Below are positions 1-6,982 of a DNA stretch of 48,266 nucleotides, one piece after another. Position 1 is the first letter of the stretch. Every line of letters starts with the position of its first letter. The notes under the pieces were generated by a model. The model did not search any database. It worked only from the letters and a program-made list of their open reading frames with translations, and was not told where the DNA came from. Source of the stretch: a virus (Duplodnaviria > Heunggongvirae > Uroviricota > Caudoviricetes); IMG/VR virus record IMGVR_UViG_3300009180_002437; one strand, written 5' to 3'. A program made the translations under genes and the position numbers.

Positions 1-2
1 GG

Positions 3-152
3 GTTACTGAAACTTTTACAATAACAGAGGTAGTGTATGATCTTACAAAGCACTCACCAGATACCCATATGTATGTAGCCGCAAATGCCGAAGATTTTGG
101 ACTTTGGTTTGAATCAGAATTATCTCTATATAAAGACGGAGATGGAGAATGA
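3..152 (+). CDS. partial hypothetical protein (5' end outside window)
   Basis: Frame is open from base 3 (VTETFTITEVVYDL...DGDGE) to TGA at 150-152, which overlaps the ATG at 149 (ATGA). Confidence 0.6.
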   Translation, partial: VTETFTITEVVYDLTKHSPDTHMYVAANAEDFGLWFESELSLYKDGDGE

Positions 153-595
153 GTTTAATTGCCAAACCTGTAATAGACAAACAATTTTGGATCTTGCAAC
201 AAGATAACAACAAGATCGGCAATATCGAAGCATGTGATGGCGGATATCAGGTTAAAATTAATAATCAAGTAGTAGCGCAATATAAAACTATCAAATTAGT
301 TGAACGCAATATCAATGTTACTTTTGAAACCATACCCAAGCCAGAAAAGAAAACTTCAAACATAGTACATGGTTATCAAGCAGCAGGTCGAGTACATAAT
401 CCCATGTGGGACGTACAGCATAAGTTACCCGTGTACAACAAACAAAAGAAAAGTAAAAGCTGGTATGCTGCCGGTTGGTATACCGTTAAGAAAGGTCGCC
501 ATTGGACAGCTGAACAAGATCCTAAACTAATCGTTCTCAAACGATACCCTTATCAGGGACCATATCATACTAAACAAGAGGCAGAACCTAAATGA
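149..595 (+). CDS. hypothetical phage protein
   Basis: 148-aa ORF, GGAG RBS, ATGA overlaps on both sides. Confidence 0.8.
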   Translation: MSLIAKPVIDKQFWILQQDNNKIGNIEACDGGYQVKINNQVVAQYKTIKLVERNINVTFETIPKPEKKTSNIVHGYQAAGRVHNPMWDVQHKLPVYNKQKKSKSWYAAGWYTVKKGRHWTAEQDPKLIVLKRYPYQGPYHTKQEAEPK

Positions 596-819
596 ATACA
601 GTAAAGAACATACGAGATCAAGACATAGTTGCTGTACTAGAAAATGCTGTCAACTATGGACCACCATGGGAAACATTGTACATAGCAGCCTTACAAGAAA
701 TTACAGAATTAAGAAAACAAGTATTAGAGTTAGGCGGAACATTACCTGAATTGACATCTCCAATGACTGGTGCCACTAACACACAACGAGTTACTTACAA
801 ATTACCACAGGAAAATTAA
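592..819 (+). CDS. hypothetical protein
   Basis: 75-aa ORF translationally coupled to the upstream gene. Confidence 0.7.
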   Translation: MNTVKNIRDQDIVAVLENAVNYGPPWETLYIAALQEITELRKQVLELGGTLPELTSPMTGATNTQRVTYKLPQEN

Positions 820-820
820 A

Positions 821-1195
821 ATGACCAATCCATTTCACGATCAAGACAAATTCATGACAGCATGTGAGCAAACCATCACAGGCATGAATGATGAGCAGTT
901 TAAGATGTATTGTAATTTAATTACAGAAGAATATACCGAACTATCAGAAGCTATCGCTGCTGGTGATCCAGTAGAAACGCTTGATGCACTAGTAGATATT
1001 TTAGTAGTTACCATTGGTGCTATCAATAGTATGGGTGCTGATGGTGAAGGCGCATGGCGTGAAGTGATGGCGTCAAATCTTTCTAAAATTGATCGTCAGT
1101 TGGGTAAGGTTCGCCGCAGGGAGGATGGAAAAATTCTCAAGCCAGAAGGTTGGACTCCACCTAATCTGAAAAACTTCCTAAAGAGAGAACATTGA
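821..1195 (+). CDS. MazG-like / phosphoribosyl-ATP pyrophosphohydrolase-like NTP pyrophosphatase
   Basis: EEYTEL...ETLDALVDIL...SNLSK...RREDGKILKP motifs. Start placed at ATG 821 after AGGA rather than 770. Confidence 0.8.
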   Translation: MTNPFHDQDKFMTACEQTITGMNDEQFKMYCNLITEEYTELSEAIAAGDPVETLDALVDILVVTIGAINSMGADGEGAWREVMASNLSKIDRQLGKVRRREDGKILKPEGWTPPNLKNFLKREH

Positions 1196-1401
1196 GTATA
1201 CACTTACAAAAGTTCATTGAACGGGTACGTGGGAACGATGCAAGGGGAGGCAAAGATTTTGTCATGCCCATGAAAGATGCCAAGGGAATGGCGGCTGATT
1301 TGACTGAATTACTGTTAGAGCTTAGGACTCTAAAGGAATCAGCATTGCAGCCCCAAAAAGAAGAGGTTATTGAGATTAAACTGTCGGGCGGTAAGTTTTA
1401 A
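1192..1401 (+). CDS. hypothetical protein (TTG start)
   Basis: 69-aa ORF with a TTGA overlap with the upstream stop. Confidence 0.7.
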   Translation: MSIHLQKFIERVRGNDARGGKDFVMPMKDAKGMAADLTELLLELRTLKESALQPQKEEVIEIKLSGGKF

Positions 1402-1431
1402 TAGCAGTATATTATTGCTAAATAATAGACT

Positions 1432-1716
1432 ATGTCTAGACCTAAACCTCAAGTTCTTGCTGAACTTACTAATAAGCAATACAAATCAGAACAGATTCTA
1501 GCATCCGCCGGAATCTGGGCTGTTTATTTTGATAGCAAACCTATCAATATTAAAACGGCCAATATACTGGTTCAGTATCCCGGACCCAAGTATAAGAAGG
1601 TATCGTTCTCCAATCCCGGGCACGCTATTAATCTTGCCAAAAAACTCAATATACAATTCAAGACTGATAAATTTTCAGTAATATTGTTGAAAGAAGGCCA
1701 GCAAGTTTATCCCTAG
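1432..1716 (+). CDS. conserved phage hypothetical protein
   Basis: 94-aa ORF; TAAATA motif at 1419-1424 just upstream. Confidence 0.8.
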   Translation: MSRPKPQVLAELTNKQYKSEQILASAGIWAVYFDSKPINIKTANILVQYPGPKYKKVSFSNPGHAINLAKKLNIQFKTDKFSVILLKEGQQVYP

Positions 1717-1724
1717 GGATTGGT

Positions 1725-2108
1725 ATGCGAGATAAGCGAAAATTTACAGCAGAGCTATACAAGCACTTTGAAGGATTTTCGGATATGACTACAGCTAAAG
1801 ATCTGTATCAGATTATTTGGGAAAATACAAGAAAAGAGGGTGGGTTTCGGTTAACTACCGAGGGTTATAGTTTACTGTCTAACTATTTGGAGTTGGAGAA
1901 TCACAAGGTCAAACTTGATGCAATAGATTTTTATGAGTCAAAGATTTTACTGACACTGGATCGCAAATTAAAGTATCCATATTATATTGACAACATAAAT
2001 TTCACAGTAAACCCTACAGTTATTACCATGATGTTTTTTGATAGTAAGGAAGCTATGTTGGCTATATTGTACGGGAATATACAAAAATTCCTTGACAATT
2101 ATAGTTAA
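1725..2108 (+). CDS. hypothetical protein
   Basis: 127-aa ORF preceded by GGGA. Confidence 0.75.
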   Translation: MRDKRKFTAELYKHFEGFSDMTTAKDLYQIIWENTRKEGGFRLTTEGYSLLSNYLELENHKVKLDAIDFYESKILLTLDRKLKYPYYIDNINFTVNPTVITMMFFDSKEAMLAILYGNIQKFLDNYS

Positions 2109-2120
2109 TGTAGTTATAAT
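2092..2120 (+). promoter_or_regulatory. sigma70-type promoter for tRNA-Ile2/tmRNA locus
   Basis: TTGACA-N17-TATAAT, perfect consensus. Confidence 0.85.
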
Positions 2121-2132
2121 AGTGTTTAAGTT

Positions 2133-2208
2133 GCCCCTGTAGCTCAGTGGTGAGAGCAGGCGACTCATAATCGCTTGGTCGGGGGTTCAAATCCCTCCGG
2201 GGGCACCA
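2133..2208 (+). tRNA. tRNA-Ile2 (CAT, lysidine type)
   Basis: Cloverleaf with encoded CCA; anticodon arm GGCGA-CTCATAA-TCGCT closely resembles enterobacterial ileX. Confidence 0.85.
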
Positions 2209-2314
2209 AGATTAATAAATAGTATTGAAGAATTGTTGTATGAAGTAAAGTAAAAAGTGTTCCGGCTTTGCCTGAAAAGACAGAGCCGAACTCTCGTCCT
2301 ACATAAATACAATT

Positions 2315-3073
2315 ATGTATTATTATATCTACCAAATCACTAATTTAACGAATGGTAAGATTTATGTCGGAAAACATAAATCATCACTACATCCATCTAT
2401 AAACGGATATTATGGATCCGGCAAACAGATAATGTCTGCCATACAAAAATATGGCATAGAAAACTTTAATAAAGAAGTCTTATACTATTGCTCTTCATTG
2501 GAAGAAATGGCCGTCAAAGAAGCAGAAATCGTTACAGAAGATTTTGTGAAAAGACACGATACTTACAATATGCACAAAGGTGGCCTCGGAGGATGGGATC
2601 ACTGGAATGGTAGTGATGAACATCTTGAAAAATCTAGATTAGGTGGAAAGAAAAGTGCTAGTAGATCTAATAATCCATTTAAAGATCCTGAGTTTCAAAA
2701 AACAGTAGAATGGTCAAGGGCTCCTGATAGAATGAAAACGATAGGACAAAAAGCAACTACGCCAGAAGCAAAAGCTAAACGAAAAACTACATTTTTAAAA
2801 ATAGGACATAGTCAAGGTGAAAAAAATTCGCAGTTTGGGAGAATATGGATATCTAATATATTGACAAAGGAAGTGAAACGTATTAGAATAAGTGATATTA
2901 TTCCAGAAGGTTGGGTTAGAGGTAAAAAAGGACACCTTGCCAAGGAATGTTGGGTAAATAATGGTATCAAAGAACATTTTATAGATTTAAGTAAAAAGCA
3001 GGAATACTTAAATAATGGGTTTAGTAGTGGTAGACTAAGGAAGAGTATGCCACAAAATAGAATTGTAGTTTAA
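2315..3073 (+). CDS. GIY-YIG (Seg-like) homing endonuclease
   Basis: N-terminal YIYQITN...IYVGKH...YYGSG...IQKYGIENF, C-terminal GEKNSQFG/GWVRG DNA-binding-type modules; own TAAATA at 2304-2309. Confidence 0.85.
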   Translation: MYYYIYQITNLTNGKIYVGKHKSSLHPSINGYYGSGKQIMSAIQKYGIENFNKEVLYYCSSLEEMAVKEAEIVTEDFVKRHDTYNMHKGGLGGWDHWNGSDEHLEKSRLGGKKSASRSNNPFKDPEFQKTVEWSRAPDRMKTIGQKATTPEAKAKRKTTFLKIGHSQGEKNSQFGRIWISNILTKEVKRIRISDIIPEGWVRGKKGHLAKECWVNNGIKEHFIDLSKKQEYLNNGFSSGRLRKSMPQNRIVV

Positions 3074-3084
3074 TGCTTTAAGAG

Positions 3085-3129
3085 AAAGGTGCTTCGGACG
3101 GGAGGGGCAGAGCCTCCCCGGGTCCACCA
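3085..3129 (+). ncRNA. ssrA: permuted tmRNA, acceptor piece (3' tRNA-like half)
   Basis: TGCTTCG-GAC-GGGAGG-GGCAGAG-CCTCCC-CGGGTCC-A-CCA; CGGGTCC pairs with GGGCCCG at 3227 giving the G3.U70 Ala identity. 5' boundary uncertain. Confidence 0.85.
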
Positions 3130-3226
3130 GAAAGAACTCTCCCTAGTGATCTGTAAGCTAGTGGAATTAGTAATATACATAAACAGCTAGGTGTATGTTA
3201 TGAACGACAAGAGAGTTCTTCCTAAT

Positions 3227-3450
3227 GGGCCCGACTTAGATTCGACGGGGTGATTAGTATCAAGGAGATCTACACGGTAGGCGATGACCGCAAATCAAGC
3301 AAAAAACCTAGACGCAAACGCATCTAAAGGCGAAGTAACTGTATCAGCTGGCAAAGGAATTCGTTTCTCTGCTCGTGGTTCAGTGAAAGCCGAAACTTTC
3401 GCAGTTTAATCACTGGCGTAGGGTAGTTATACCTAGTAACAGAAAATAGC
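3227..3450 (+). ncRNA. ssrA: permuted tmRNA, coding piece
   Basis: GGGCCCG-ACTTAGATTCGAC-GGGGTG is a tmRNA 5' signature lying downstream of the CCA half. The intervening segment is closed by AAGAACTCTC/GAGAGTTCTT. 3' end approximate. Confidence 0.85.
3314..3409 (+). other. tmRNA tag reading frame ANASKGEVTVSAGKGIRFSARGSVKAETFAV*
   Basis: Resume codon GCA AAC after AAACCTAGAC context; 31 codons then TAA. Confidence 0.75.
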
Positions 3451-3475
3451 AATAGGGACTTCGGTCCCTATTTTT
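3451..3475 (+). terminator. intrinsic terminator after tmRNA
   Basis: AATAGGGAC-TTCG-GTCCCTATT followed by T-run. Confidence 0.9.
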
Positions 3476-3487
3476 ATACCAAAATCA

Positions 3488-3516
3488 TTGACATTATTCC
3501 TTGTATAGCTTATAAT
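3488..3516 (+). promoter_or_regulatory. sigma70-type promoter
   Basis: TTGACA-N17-TATAAT. Confidence 0.85.
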
Positions 3517-3544
3517 AGTTACACACAACCATTTAAAGAAAATC

Positions 3545-4600
3545 ATGGCACACTTTTTAAAATCAGGTAATACATACAAAGTCGCTTCAGAAGAAGCAAT
3601 GGATATTCATTCTACATTGCCAGCTGGCAACTATGTAATCAAGATTGACATGTTTGAAAACTTGTACCTTGAACACATTGATAGCTTTACGGTATCAGGT
3701 AAGATTTACGGTGATACACTTAAGAATACAGATCGTATTATCAACACATTCTGGGAACGTCCTAGTTCTACTGGCGTAATGCTGACAGGAGAGAAAGGGT
3801 CGGGGAAGACATTACTAAGCAAAAAGATCAGCATTGAGCTGGCTAAGCAAGAGGTACCAACCATTGTTATTAACGATGCGTTTACAGGCGAGAAGTTTAA
3901 CACACTATTACAAACTATTAGTCAACCTTGTGTTATCTTGTTTGACGAGTTTGAAAAGGTCTATGACAAAGACGAGCAAGAAGCTATTCTTACCCTACTG
4001 GATGGAGTGTACTCAGGTAAGAAATTGTTTATTCTAACTTGTAATGACAAGTGGCGTGTTGATCAACATATGCGTAATCGTCCTGGTCGTATTTTTTACA
4101 TGATTGACTTTACTGGGTTGTCACAAGAATTTATCGTTGAATACTGCGAAGATAATCTTAAACACAAGGAACACATTGAACGTATTTGTTCATTGACTAA
4201 CTTGTTCGCTGAGTTTAACTTTGACATGCTTAAAGCACTTGTTGAAGAAATGAATCGCTACAACGAAGCTCCGCAGGACGCAATGAAAATTCTAAACACC
4301 AAGCCTGAATTTGATTCAGGATGCCGGTATGATATTTCATTGATTGTTGAAGGTAAAGTACTTGATGTTACAACTTATCCTGAAGTTTTTGAAGGTAACC
4401 CACTTGCCAATACTGTTCAGATTGAGTATGATGGGGAGAAGGACGAGGATGGTGATAGCACATGGACACGCAATCGCTTTAGCCCACAAGATTTAGTCAA
4501 GGTGGATAACAACGGTGCCAGATTTGTTTTTGAGAACAACGGCATTCGGTTGATGCTAACTCGCATTAAGGCAAAAACTTATAACCCATATGCGTTTTAA
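3545..4600 (+). CDS. AAA+ family ATPase
   Basis: Walker A GEKGSGKT, Walker B ILFDEFEK, sensor/Arg finger TCN...RPGR. Confidence 0.9.
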   Translation: MAHFLKSGNTYKVASEEAMDIHSTLPAGNYVIKIDMFENLYLEHIDSFTVSGKIYGDTLKNTDRIINTFWERPSSTGVMLTGEKGSGKTLLSKKISIELAKQEVPTIVINDAFTGEKFNTLLQTISQPCVILFDEFEKVYDKDEQEAILTLLDGVYSGKKLFILTCNDKWRVDQHMRNRPGRIFYMIDFTGLSQEFIVEYCEDNLKHKEHIERICSLTNLFAEFNFDMLKALVEEMNRYNEAPQDAMKILNTKPEFDSGCRYDISLIVEGKVLDVTTYPEVFEGNPLANTVQIEYDGEKDEDGDSTWTRNRFSPQDLVKVDNNGARFVFENNGIRLMLTRIKAKTYNPYAF

Positions 4601-4604
4601 TAAT

Positions 4605-4623
4605 AAGCCCTTCGGGGCTTTTT
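4605..4623 (+). terminator. intrinsic terminator
   Basis: AAGCCC-TTCG-GGGCTT followed by T-run. Confidence 0.9.
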
Positions 4624-4656
4624 GTTGTAATAACGCAACTATTTTTATCAAAATGC

Positions 4657-4757
4657 TTGCTTTTATACGGTTATTTGCGTATAATTTATACATTGACTAA
4701 ATAACTTTACAAACTTCCTAAAAAGAAGTTGACAATTAAATCACTTAGCATTAAAAT
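4657..4757 (+). promoter_or_regulatory. tandem promoters upstream of leader ORF
   Basis: TTGCTT-N17-TATAAT (4657-4685), TAAATA (4698-4703) and TTGACA-N17-TAAAAT (4729-4757). Confidence 0.7.
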
Positions 4758-4765
4758 AACTTAAC

Positions 4766-4924
4766 ATGAAAAACACAAGCCATTCCATATCGTATCAGTT
4801 GCCCCAGACACTAGCATTATGCTGGAGTCCAGTGGTGGCCTTACGCTCAGGAAATGATTCAGTATTTAATATGATTGAAACAGGCAAGGAGTATAGTGGG
4901 GTTCGAGAAGGATGTGATGGTTAA
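4766..4924 (+). CDS. putative attenuator leader peptide (52 aa)
   Basis: MKNTSHSISYQLPQTLALCWSPVVALRSGNDSVFNMIETGKEYSGVREGCDG*, directly after a promoter and 28 nt before a terminator hairpin. Confidence 0.55.
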   Translation: MKNTSHSISYQLPQTLALCWSPVVALRSGNDSVFNMIETGKEYSGVREGCDG

Positions 4925-4952
4925 GAAATAGCTAACATCGTAAACTTTAAGG

Positions 4953-4989
4953 ACCCTGGACTAGAAATACTCCAGGGTTTTTTGTTTTT
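4953..4989 (+). terminator. attenuator-type intrinsic terminator
   Basis: ACCCTGGA-CTAGAAATAC-TCCAGGGT followed by TTTTTGTTTTT. Confidence 0.8.
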
Positions 4990-5113
4990 GTAGTGAGTGT
5001 GATGGGTAACGCGAGCCTGTAGCGCACTTTAAACATGCTACTATTAATGTGGGCGGAATACCGGATGATAAGTTCCTGGCGATAACGGGAATGTGTAAAA
5101 TGGTATAATATAA
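4990..5113 (+). ncRNA. candidate small structured RNA / leader
   Basis: ORF-free; helices GTAGC/GCTAC, ATACC/GGTAT and GTTCCTG/CGGGAAT seen by eye. Confidence 0.4.
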
Positions 5114-5191
5114 GGTGAGGTGGCAGAGTGGTCCATTGCACTGGATTGCAAATCCGGAAAACCGTCGGTTCGACTCCGACCCTCACCTCCA
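5114..5191 (+). tRNA. tRNA-Cys (GCA)
   Basis: Cloverleaf, U73 discriminator, CCA. Confidence 0.92.
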
Positions 5192-5214
5192 ATTGTTGTA
5201 TTTTAGCACAGTAG

Positions 5215-5243
5215 TTGACAGTTAATTCAACTACAGCTATAAT
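5215..5243 (+). promoter_or_regulatory. sigma70-type promoter upstream of large ncRNA
   Basis: TTGACA-N17-TATAAT. Confidence 0.85.
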
Positions 5244-5286
5244 GTTTGTATAGTAAGAAATGCAGTAAACGTTCTTTAAAAAACAG

Positions 5287-5376
5287 ACGCAATATTGAAG
5301 TGTATTACACGAACTAGTCCCGAATTAGCAATAGCATTGCAGAGGTCATATCGTGTAATACACTTCAATATTGCGT
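5287..5376. repeat. long-hairpin element E1 (ATATTGAAG family)
   Basis: Perfect 26-bp inverted repeat 5287-5312/5351-5376 with a 38-nt loop. Confidence 0.9.
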
Positions 5377-6090
5377 AAGCAAAAAGTCCACGGCAACCTA
5401 ATCAGTGCCTAGTCTGAGCCCAGACGATGAAGTAGCTGTGATGGCTACGGGTGGTTCGAGCAAGGGTCTACCTCTGGTAACGGAGATGAAGAATCTGCTC
5501 CAGCGAAAGCTGCGGTCTAACCTAACCGGCGTTTGCACACGAGAGTTCTCCTTGGTCGGTGAAGCGGATGGAAGGCATAGTTAGTCAACTTCTCTATGCT
5601 ATAGTTACCGCCGCAGGGAGAAAGCACTTAGTTGTTATTAGTTGTATTGTTTTGGAAAATTCCAGTGTTCACTTGGAAAATGCACAGGCGATGGATCCTC
5701 CGTCTAGCTAGCGCGATCTAAACTGTTGCCTGAAACGAAAGCAAGATCAGCATTGGCCAATGCCCTTGTATAAGAGTTCAGCGATAAAAGCAAACGACAA
5801 TAGGGTTATTGTTGTCCATAACGAGACAATACAACTAATGACAATGGTGGCTATAGTATAATAGCAGATAGCATTCACTTATAGGAATCCCGGCGTCCCT
5901 AGCCGTTATTAACAGGGCGTGAATTAACTCCACGATAAAGTTAAGGGTGCTTACGATCTACCTTAGAGTCCCTCTGTCGGGAGCCTGAAAAAATCGTAGG
6001 GTGTTGCTGAACATGCCCATACTCATAGAGAATAATCAGACGGACAGGGTAGACAACTCCGGTAGGGGCCGAAGGGATTCGGTAGCCTAC
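5377..6090 (+). ncRNA. large ornate structured ncRNA (GOLLD/ROOL size class, family unassigned)
   Basis: ~700 nt without an ORF in a tRNA island. Many GNRA hairpins and long-range helices: 5632-5653/5823-5844, 5466-5472/6048-6054, 5530-5536/5790-5796, 5622-5629/5945-5952, 5776-5782/6006-6012. Confidence 0.75.
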
Positions 6091-6163
6091 ACCATATTGA
6101 AGTACATTCTGGTGGTATAAATTTGATAAACCAGGAAACGAGCGGAGTGTATTTCAATATGGT
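6091..6163. repeat. long-hairpin element E2
   Basis: 20-bp stem ACCATATTGAAGTACATTCT / GGAGTGTATTTCAATATGGT. Confidence 0.85.
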
Positions 6164-6210
6164 AACCCTGTCCAAGTGCAATGGTCACACGCCCTTGCTT
6201 GGATGGACTG

Positions 6211-6319
6211 TTACCATATTGAAGTGTATTAAACGCCAACAAGAAGAAGGCGGTCCAGCGTCAACTGGGCGAAGTTGCGTTTGACGGTGCAAGAGATTTA
6301 ATATATTTCAATATGGTAA
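6211..6319. repeat. long-hairpin element E3
   Basis: 23-bp stem TTACCATATTGAAGTGTATTAAA / TTTAATATATTTCAATATGGTAA. Confidence 0.85.
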
Positions 6320-6329
6320 TAAAGAATTA

Positions 6330-6407
6330 GGCCAATGGGACTGCATGGTGTGGTCGCCCGCCTGTCACGCGGGATATCGATGGGATCGTTACCCATATTG
6401 GTCGCCA
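6330..6407 (+). tRNA. tRNA-Asp (GTC)
   Basis: CCCGC-CTGTCAC-GCGGG anticodon arm, G73, CCA; atypical T-loop ATCGTTA. Confidence 0.88.
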
Positions 6408-6415
6408 AAGTTATC

Positions 6416-6492
6416 CTCGTTGAGATCCAGTGTTATGGTCGGGTGTTTGACTACACTTTAAGCTGTGGTTAGAATCCACAGGACGAGGGCCA
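6416..6492 (+). tRNA. aberrant tRNA-like gene (anticodon undefined; possible pseudo-tRNA)
   Basis: Acceptor CCTCGTT/GACGAGG, D arm GATC/GGTC, 6-bp T stem with loop TTAGAAT, CCA end; anticodon loop is 6 or 8 nt (TTTGACTA). Confidence 0.55.
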
Positions 6493-6511
6493 AGTTTACA
6501 TAAGGTAATAT

Positions 6512-6961
6512 ATGAAACAAATAATAGACACGATTGTAAAAGATGACGACGAGTTAACAGTATGGCACAGCGATACATTAGTCGCTGTGCCACCACTTGA
6601 GTTAATGTTTGAATGTTATCTTGAAATTTTGCAAAGTGGTATGGCCTTACCTGGAATGCCATTTAGAAATGGCAGTGGTGTAATTTGGATTGAGAATTCA
6701 CACTCCGAAGTCGTAACCGGACAGGTATATGAATATATCGACGATAGGAAAGAAGGTTGGATTATGTTGGGATTTACTGCGCCAGAATTTCGCGGGAAAG
6801 GATTTTATCAAATCTGTCACAACTACTTAATTAAAACAATTAAAAAACGTGGTGGGCTTTCAATCGGAAGTATAGTCTCCACAAAGAATCACCAAATGAT
6901 CAAAGCCACTATTAAAAAAGGCATAAGTTTAGATTATTACAGAACAATTGAATGGATTTAA
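6512..6961 (+). CDS. GNAT-family N-acetyltransferase
   Basis: Acetyl-CoA motif FTAPEFRGKGFY, STKNHQM. Confidence 0.75.
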   Translation: MKQIIDTIVKDDDELTVWHSDTLVAVPPLELMFECYLEILQSGMALPGMPFRNGSGVIWIENSHSEVVTGQVYEYIDDRKEGWIMLGFTAPEFRGKGFYQICHNYLIKTIKKRGGLSIGSIVSTKNHQMIKATIKKGISLDYYRTIEWI

Positions 6962-6982
6962 ACTGTCATAAATAAAACTATT

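Noticed and set aside
2260-3095. Group I intron around the GIY-YIG gene
   Set aside because: Only ~55 nt upstream and ~20 nt downstream of the ORF are non-coding, and I saw no P7-type core motifs. A covariance search could still overturn this.
5287-6319. CRISPR array interpretation of the repeated ATATTGAAG hairpins
   Set aside because: Units are inverted-repeat stems with variable interiors at irregular spacing, not direct repeats with uniform spacers; no cas genes in the window.
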